A stretch of 63,946 nucleotides of DNA, filler included. It is 7 parts of 7 records of this genome, joined end to end, with 100 filler letters (N's around TTAATTAATTAA, not from the genome) between each part and the next. Parts side by side here need not be neighbours in the genome. Positions count along the whole stretch, not along the records: positions 36,135 to 63,946 come from SRR31156797_49579; 6 more parts are not named here. One strand, given 5' to 3'. The notes beneath the pieces were generated by a model. The model was not told the DNA's origin. It was given only the letters and a program-made list of their open reading frames with translations, and made no database searches. This document shows positions 58,114-63,946 of this stretch, one piece after another. Made by a program: the position numbers and the translations under genes. Positions within the stretch are counted from its first letter, which is position 1. Every line of letters starts with the position of its first letter.

Positions 58114-58875
58114 CTATTCCGAAACAATCCTGTCCTTGGGAGGCAGGTAACTGTTCAGTTTTTCTTCAATGATGCGCGGGTTTTCGCCCTTGGAAATGGA
58201 CAAAATGCCTTCCATGATCATTTCCCGGAGCAGGATTTCTTCCTTGCTGCGGGCTTTGAGTTTGCCTGCCATGGGGTTGAGGATGAGGTTGGCTATGATC
58301 GCACCGTACAAGGTGGTCAGCAAGGCAACAGCCATGGCCGGACCGATGGAAGATGGGTCCGACATTGTTTGAAGCATCTGTACCAGACCGATGACAGTTC
58401 CGATCATGCCCATGGCCGGAGCCAAGGTGCCGAGAGCCGCCACAACATCCGCACCTGTGGCGTGTCGTTCTCCAAGATATGAGATTTCTGTTTCCAGAAT
58501 TTCCTGAATGGTTTGTGGTTCCAGGCCATCAACGGTGAGCTGCAATCCTTTGCGCATGTAGTCGTCGTCGATTTCCTTGATAAGCGGTTCCAGAGAGAGA
58601 ATACCTTCGCGGCGGGCGCGGTTGGCGTAATCCTTGAAGCGTTCAATGACCTCGGACGGAGCATCCAGACTGGAAAAGAACGTGTTTTTGATAACCCCGA
58701 TGACGCCAATGATGTAGTTCATGGGATAGTTGACCAGACCGGCACCGATAGTACCGCCTACAACAATAAGCAGCGACGGCACGGAAACGAAAATGATCAG
58801 GCTGGAGCCTGTCATGATAGCCGACAGCACCAGTCCAAATGAGAGAACAATGCCAATTATGGTTCCGAGATCCAT
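58114..58875 (-). CDS. motA: Stator protein MotA (PomA/MotP-like)
   Basis: ARREGILSLE, APAMGMIGTVIGLVQML, IGPAMAVALLTTLYG, GENPR. Confidence 0.95.
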   Translation of the reverse strand: MDLGTIIGIVLSFGLVLSAIMTGSSLIIFVSVPSLLIVVGGTIGAGLVNYPMNYIIGVIGVIKNTFFSSLDAPSEVIERFKDYANRARREGILSLEPLIKEIDDDYMRKGLQLTVDGLEPQTIQEILETEISYLGERHATGADVVAALGTLAPAMGMIGTVIGLVQMLQTMSDPSSIGPAMAVALLTTLYGAIIANLILNPMAGKLKARSKEEILLREMIMEGILSISKGENPRIIEEKLNSYLPPKDRIVSE

Positions 58876-58897
58876 GCCGTATCCTCTGCCTTGTTTC

Positions 58898-59605
58898 TTA
58901 TACCTTCGGAGGCCGTGCCCCGAAAATTCGTGTTCCTATTCGTACAAGTGTCGCGCCTTCCTGCACTGCCGGAATGAAATCTCCGGTCATGCCCATGGAC
59001 AGATGCGGCAATTGTTTTCCCAGTTGGCTTTCCAGCGCATCCCGCAACTCTCGCAAACGGGAAAAAACAGGTCGAGCTCGCTCTGGATCATTGAAAAAAG
59101 GCGGCATTGTCATTAAACCGACAAGGCGTACATTTTTCATTTCCATGACTTCGTCAGCCAATTTAGGCAATGAATCTACCGTAATTCCAGACTTTTGTGT
59201 TTCTCCTGCGATATTAACCTGCAAGAGTATGTCTTGAACTACATCGAGGCTCGAAGCCTTTTTATGCAATGCTTGGGCCAGCTTACGTGAATCTATGCTG
59301 TGCACCAGTGCAAAATTCCCGGCAACGAATTTGGCTTTGTTGGATTGCAACCCACCGATAAAGTGCCAATTGACACTCAGATCGGCCAGCTCTTCCTGTT
59401 TGTTCAGGACTTCCTGAACATAGTTTTCGCCAAAGTCCACCTGACCACTTTCAACCAACGCCCGGATATCCGAGGCCGGGTGCAGTTTTGACACTGCCAC
59501 CAATGAAATGTCTTCGGGCTTACGGCCTGCGGCCTTTGCGGCCTCGGCCAGATCCTCTTTCACTTGGGCCGTTTTGTCGGCCAATTCAGTCTTTCTTGTG
59601 CTCAT
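58898..59605 (-). CDS. yggS: YggS family PLP-binding protein
   Basis: VAVSK, FGENYVQE, WHFIG.LQSNK, LSMGMT.DF, VRIGTRIFG. Confidence 0.95.
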   Translation of the reverse strand: MSTRKTELADKTAQVKEDLAEAAKAAGRKPEDISLVAVSKLHPASDIRALVESGQVDFGENYVQEVLNKQEELADLSVNWHFIGGLQSNKAKFVAGNFALVHSIDSRKLAQALHKKASSLDVVQDILLQVNIAGETQKSGITVDSLPKLADEVMEMKNVRLVGLMTMPPFFNDPERARPVFSRLRELRDALESQLGKQLPHLSMGMTGDFIPAVQEGATLVRIGTRIFGARPPKV

Positions 59606-59875
59606 AACTTATCTATGAATTCCGGGCCTTATGCTTCATTTTACTTTATCGGCCCAATCAATATTTAGTTTAACGAATTAATGATATTATTTTCAATCCC
59701 TAGCCACAAACAAAGATATAGCACAGCTTTTCATGCTGTAACCACCCGAAATTTCGTTGAAATTGTATGAAGATGGAAAAGTGTAATTTTATCAGAATTT
59801 TATGTCTAGATTTAGTCTATAAACGATTGATTGCGGCACGGCTTTTGTGGAGGCAGAAAATTGGGATGGAATAAA

Positions 59876-59900
59876 GAAAGGCCGGATATTCCGGCCTTTC
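59876..59900 (-). terminator. Putative intrinsic terminator
   Basis: GAAAGGCCGG/CCGGCCTTTC stem just after the HD-protein stop. Confidence 0.7.
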
Positions 59901-59921
59901 AGTCTGTTTTATGGATATCCG

Positions 59922-61052
59922 CTACGCTGGGGTAACGATTGAGTGTACGGTGCGTACCAGTTCGGCTTCGCCCTGTGCTGCATAGGTTTCGTAGAGAGAC
60001 ATGATGGTGGTCTGAGAGAAAACGTAATTGCGGAATTGGTTGAAAGGTTTCTTTTCAAGATCATTTTCACTCATTTTGTAGTCGCGAATAGCCACTTTTT
60101 TCATAATTGGAATAATCCATTGAGCCGCAGGGACGGTCAGTACCCAATCGTGGTCGCCGAGGTGGGTGACGAATCCTTCCTGTCGGCGGGGCAGAGGCAA
60201 GGTCCTGCCGCCTTTATCAAGTAGACCGCGTTTGACCGGATCAACACCTGCGATGAGAGAAGCGGCTTGAATCCACCCCACGACTTTGGCTTCATCTTCC
60301 GGGGTGCGCGGGTGGTTATGTGCACAGGCCTGAGCGACGCAGACTTCGGCAGGCAGGCCGCGCACAATGGATTCGGCAACGCCCAGTGGGTGATGCTCAC
60401 CTGTTCCGCCAAGTTTCAATTCGGTTCGTGATTTGCCATTCTCATCCCATTGGAAGACCCACGGTTTATGCAGATCGTGAAGAATTTGCGCTGCGATAAC
60501 CACATCGCGATCGAGCAGGTAGTCGTATACGTCACGATATCCATCGTAGAGGGCCATGGAGACTCGGACGTTGAGGTCTGTGTGCGTCGCAAGACCACCA
60601 GGGTATGAGTGGTGACTTTGATAGCCGCTGCCCGGTGCAGAGTAGAATGGTTGGGATGATTGGGAGCTGTTGGGCACTGGCGGGAGGAAGTCGGTTTCGT
60701 TTACCTCCTTGAGTAAACCCTTTGCGGTCAATTCTTTGTAAATGGTTTTTTTGTCGGAACGCCCCATTCCTTTGGTCAGAGTTGGAGCGGGGTTGTCAAG
60801 AATTGTTTCCACTTGGTGGCGGATGGCCGGATTGCGGATTTCTGCGGCGGCATGATGAATGGATCGCCAAGATGCGGAAATAGGGGCTGAGGCTTCGGCC
60901 ATGGCAACAGGACTCATTTCCATACATTCGTCCATTGTTTTGCAGGATGGTGCTGCAAAAGTTGGAGTGGTTATGGCGGTGGCAGCAACGGTTGCACTGG
61001 CCACGACTCCGAGTTTCAGGAAATCACGACGGTTCAAGCGTTCGGTAGGCAT
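59922..61052 (-). CDS. Tat-exported HD-domain metal-dependent phosphohydrolase
   Basis: NRRDFLK twin-arginine signal; HHSYPGGL..HT and LHDLHK; AGGAG RBS. Confidence 0.8.
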   Translation of the reverse strand: MPTERLNRRDFLKLGVVASATVAATAITTPTFAAPSCKTMDECMEMSPVAMAEASAPISASWRSIHHAAAEIRNPAIRHQVETILDNPAPTLTKGMGRSDKKTIYKELTAKGLLKEVNETDFLPPVPNSSQSSQPFYSAPGSGYQSHHSYPGGLATHTDLNVRVSMALYDGYRDVYDYLLDRDVVIAAQILHDLHKPWVFQWDENGKSRTELKLGGTGEHHPLGVAESIVRGLPAEVCVAQACAHNHPRTPEDEAKVVGWIQAASLIAGVDPVKRGLLDKGGRTLPLPRRQEGFVTHLGDHDWVLTVPAAQWIIPIMKKVAIRDYKMSENDLEKKPFNQFRNYVFSQTTIMSLYETYAAQGEAELVRTVHSIVTPA

Positions 61053-61347
61053 GGTATTTCTCCTAGAATACAAGTGTTTTATTGATATCTCCTACATACT
61101 TTTTCTCTGCGATTATTGTGTGGCGTCGTCGTGACTGTGTGTGCCTATGTTGTGAATATTCCGTGAAATATGCGGCGGTTGTTTTGTATTTATGGAAGAG
61201 GAAAAGGTATAAATCATCCATTATCTATATTAGAAGGGTTGACGAATTGCCTTATTAACGTGCATACACCGCAATCTGACCACCCGGAATGTGATTCGGA
61301 TTGCCTGATGACCATTATAGACGGATGGAAAACCGGAAATTATCTAA

Positions 61348-61428
61348 CAGTCTGTTCAAGAATGCGCGAGTGCCAGGCAGCGATATCGTTGTGAAGAAGG
61401 ATGCAATCGTGAGTTTTTGAAGAGCCTG
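61348..61428. repeat. Small element with imperfect terminal inverted repeats (MITE-like)
   Basis: CAGTCTGTTCAAGAA versus the reverse complement of TTTTTGAAGAGCCTG match at 12 of 15 positions; lies in the topA leader. Confidence 0.5.
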
Positions 61429-61445
61429 ATATGAGAGAACCGAAC

Positions 61446-63860
61446 ATGCCGAAAGACCTTATTATCGTTGAGTCCCCTGCCAAGGTGAAGACCATTTCCA
61501 AATTTCTGGGCAAGAATTTTATTGTCGATGCCTCGGTAGGCCACGTTCGTGATTTGCCTACCCGAGATCTCGGTGTCGACGAAGAAAACGACTTTGCTCC
61601 CCGCTATGAAGTTATCCAAGGCAAGGAAGATGTGGTCAAACGTCTTCAAGCCGCAGCAAAGAAGGCTGATACAGTCTTCCTGGCACCTGACCCCGACCGC
61701 GAGGGTGAAGCCATTGCATGGCACGTTGCCGAGCTTTTGAAGCCGGTCAACGACAAAATCCGGCGTATTCAGTTTAACGAAATTACATCTCGCGCCGTTA
61801 AAGAGGCTTTGGAAAATGCACAGGAACTCAACGAGGACCTGTTTGATTCCCAGCAGGCCAGACGTATTCTGGATAGGTTGGTGGGGTATAAAATTTCTCC
61901 CATCCTGTGGAAGAACGTGAAACGCGGAATTTCCGCAGGACGCGTCCAGTCCGTGGCGCTTAAGATTGTGGTGGAACGGGAAAAGGAACGCCGAGCTTTT
62001 CGGGCTGATGAATATTGGCCTTTCAAGGTATTGCTTGAAGGTGGTAATCCACCGCCATTTTGGCTGGACCTGCACAAATTGTCAGGCAAGGCCGTCAAAC
62101 CCGGTGTCAATCATGTTGGCAATCAGGATGAGGCTGAAAAACTTCAGAATGCGTTGGAAACCGGCGAATTCAAGGTTGACTCCGTGCAAGAGAAGCAGCG
62201 TAAACGTAATCCCTTGCCTCCCTACATCACCTCGACGCTTCAGCAGGACGCCAACAGGCGAATGGGCTATTCCGCCAAGCGGACCATGTCCATTGCCCAG
62301 CGTCTCTACGAAGGTGTGGAACTTGGCAAGCGCGGTACCACAGCACTTATTACCTATATGCGTACTGACTCCGTTCGTATTGCCAAGGATGCACAGGATG
62401 CGGCCAAGGAATTGATTCTTGATCGTTTCGGTGCAGACTACTATCCGCCCAAGACTCGACATTTCAAGACCAAGGGCGGCGCTCAGGACGCGCATGAAGC
62501 CATACGCCCGGTTGATGTGAGCATTACGCCCGATGACGTGAAGTCCTTTCTCCCTGCGGAGCAACACAAGTTGTATCGGCTTATCTGGCAGCGTTTCGTC
62601 GCTTCACAGATGGCTGTTGCCACGTTCTGGGATACCACAGTCCTTGTGGGCGCCCCGGAAACCATTTGGCGCGCCAAGGGCGAGCGTTTGCTTTTCGCTG
62701 GTTTTCTGGCTGCGATGGACAAGGCCGGTAACGATGACGATACCGAATTGCCCAAGCTTCACGAAGGTGACGTGCTCACCCTTAATGAATTGAAAAAAGA
62801 GCAGAAATTCACCCAGCCACCGCCGCGTTTTTCGGAAGCCTCGTTGGTCAAAACTCTGGAAGAACTCGGTATTGGTCGTCCTTCCACTTATGCAGCGATT
62901 ATTTCTACACTGCTCGATCGTGAGTATGCCCGGCAGGAAGAGAAGCGGTTTGTTCCTACTGAACTCGGTTTCACTGTTTCCGATCAGCTTGGCGAACATT
63001 TTCAAGCTCTTATGGACGTGGGCTTTACCGCCCAGATGGAAGGTATGCTTGATGCCGTGGCCGAGGGCAAGAAGGATTGGAAAGATTTGCTGAAGCATTT
63101 TGGTGATGATTTCTATCCGACTCTTGAAAAAGCCCGTACTGAAATGGCTCGGAGCCAACAGGTTACGGACATCAAGTGCGAGAATTGCGGCAAGCCCATG
63201 GCCATTAAGTTTGGTAAGACCGGCGAATTTTTAGGCTGCACCGGTTTTCCCGGTTGTCGTACCATCAAGAACTTCACCCGCGATGAGCATGGCGCCATTC
63301 AGGTCGTTGAGCGCGAAAAGCCCGAAGAGACTGGCGTACTGTGCGAAAAGTGCGGTCGTCCCATGGCTATCAAACAGTCTCGCCGGGGAGAGTTCCTGGG
63401 ATGCACCGGCTATCCTGATTGCAAATCCATCGTTAACTTTAAGCGTGATGAGAACGGCAAGATTCAGGTTGTTGAATCTGAAAAGCCCGAAGTTGTCGGA
63501 ACCTGTCCTGACTGCGGCGGTGAATTGCTGCTCAAGAAGGCCCGCACCGGCTCCCGGTTTATTGCTTGTTCCAATTACCCGGATTGTACTTACGCGGCAC
63601 CGTTTTCCACTGGCGTTCCTTGCCCGAAAGAAGGGTGTGAGGGCGAATTGGTGGAAAAATCGTCACGTCGAGGCAAACTCTTTTATTCCTGCTCAACCTA
63701 TCCCAAGTGCGACTACGCGGTATGGAATTGGCCCATCAACGAGCCATGTCCCAAGTGCGATCATCCGATCCTGACCCGCAAGACCACCAAGGACAAGGGT
63801 GAACACATTGCATGCCCCAAGAAGGGCTGCGGGTACACTCGTCCGATCGAGGACGAATAG
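61446..63860 (+). CDS. topA: DNA topoisomerase I with C-terminal zinc ribbons
   Basis: IVESPAK, DPDREGE, SAGRVQS, ITYMRTDS, QDAHEAIRP, GIGRPSTYA; repeated C4 zinc-finger motifs. Confidence 0.97.
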   Translation: MPKDLIIVESPAKVKTISKFLGKNFIVDASVGHVRDLPTRDLGVDEENDFAPRYEVIQGKEDVVKRLQAAAKKADTVFLAPDPDREGEAIAWHVAELLKPVNDKIRRIQFNEITSRAVKEALENAQELNEDLFDSQQARRILDRLVGYKISPILWKNVKRGISAGRVQSVALKIVVEREKERRAFRADEYWPFKVLLEGGNPPPFWLDLHKLSGKAVKPGVNHVGNQDEAEKLQNALETGEFKVDSVQEKQRKRNPLPPYITSTLQQDANRRMGYSAKRTMSIAQRLYEGVELGKRGTTALITYMRTDSVRIAKDAQDAAKELILDRFGADYYPPKTRHFKTKGGAQDAHEAIRPVDVSITPDDVKSFLPAEQHKLYRLIWQRFVASQMAVATFWDTTVLVGAPETIWRAKGERLLFAGFLAAMDKAGNDDDTELPKLHEGDVLTLNELKKEQKFTQPPPRFSEASLVKTLEELGIGRPSTYAAIISTLLDREYARQEEKRFVPTELGFTVSDQLGEHFQALMDVGFTAQMEGMLDAVAEGKKDWKDLLKHFGDDFYPTLEKARTEMARSQQVTDIKCENCGKPMAIKFGKTGEFLGCTGFPGCRTIKNFTRDEHGAIQVVEREKPEETGVLCEKCGRPMAIKQSRRGEFLGCTGYPDCKSIVNFKRDENGKIQVVESEKPEVVGTCPDCGGELLLKKARTGSRFIACSNYPDCTYAAPFSTGVPCPKEGCEGELVEKSSRRGKLFYSCSTYPKCDYAVWNWPINEPCPKCDHPILTRKTTKDKGEHIACPKKGCGYTRPIEDE

Positions 63861-63946
63861 TCCGGTTTCCGAGAGCGGACCATCTGCATATCTTTCGGGC
63901 ACAGTTTAATCCTTAACGTAGCTAGGCTACGCCTCCGGTTAAACTG
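63861..63946. repeat. Nested palindromic element truncated at the window end
   Basis: Outer arms CAGTTTAA (63902-63909) / TTAAACTG (63939-63946); inner CGTAGC-TAG-GCTACG hairpin. Confidence 0.6.

Overview
This window is not one locus. It is seven unrelated contigs joined by artificial 100-nt spacers (44 N + TTAATTAATTAA + 44 N), so gene neighbourhoods are only valid within a contig. Lineage calls below are inferred from gene content and composition. (1) 1-7727, Desulfobacterota-like: a GntR regulator, an AsfA/AprA-like flavoprotein with its ferredoxin, an amidase, a LacI regulator with two visible operators, and a partial amidohydrolase. (2) 7828-13225, possibly a spirochaete: HAD phosphatase, LiaF-like protein, LUD-domain protein, purine nucleoside phosphorylase, a racemase-fold protein and a split transketolase. 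(3) 13326-19131, possibly a planctomycete: aroA, a motif-degenerate rnfC/rnfD pair and an extended SDR. (4) 19232-24586, Desulfobacteraceae-like: mlaE, an RHH-like protein and a 1406-aa acyl-CoA dehydratase-activase fusion. (5) 24687-29980, AT-rich and Arcobacter-like: trpD, tsaE, lptB, a diguanylate cyclase, kdsB, a PAS kinase and polA. (6) 30081-36034: a surface-glycan locus with a LuxE/ACP/adenylation/Fe-ADH acyl-tailoring cassette behind a CFI-tailed surface protein. (7) 36135-63946, Pseudodesulfovibrio-like: fetAB, two XRE-cupin/acyl-CoA synthetase modules, rlmH, a Lon-like protease, motA-motB-motB-fliLNOPQ, yggS, a Tat-exported HD protein, topA and several palindromic repeat elements. 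The best candidate for an undescribed system is the five-gene, all-exported cassette at 47854-53724. It has a CxxCH-bearing TolB-like propeller followed by two diverged copies of a [Gly-rich secreted helical protein + peptidoglycan-binding protein] module. No rRNA, tRNA, CRISPR array or transposase was recognised.
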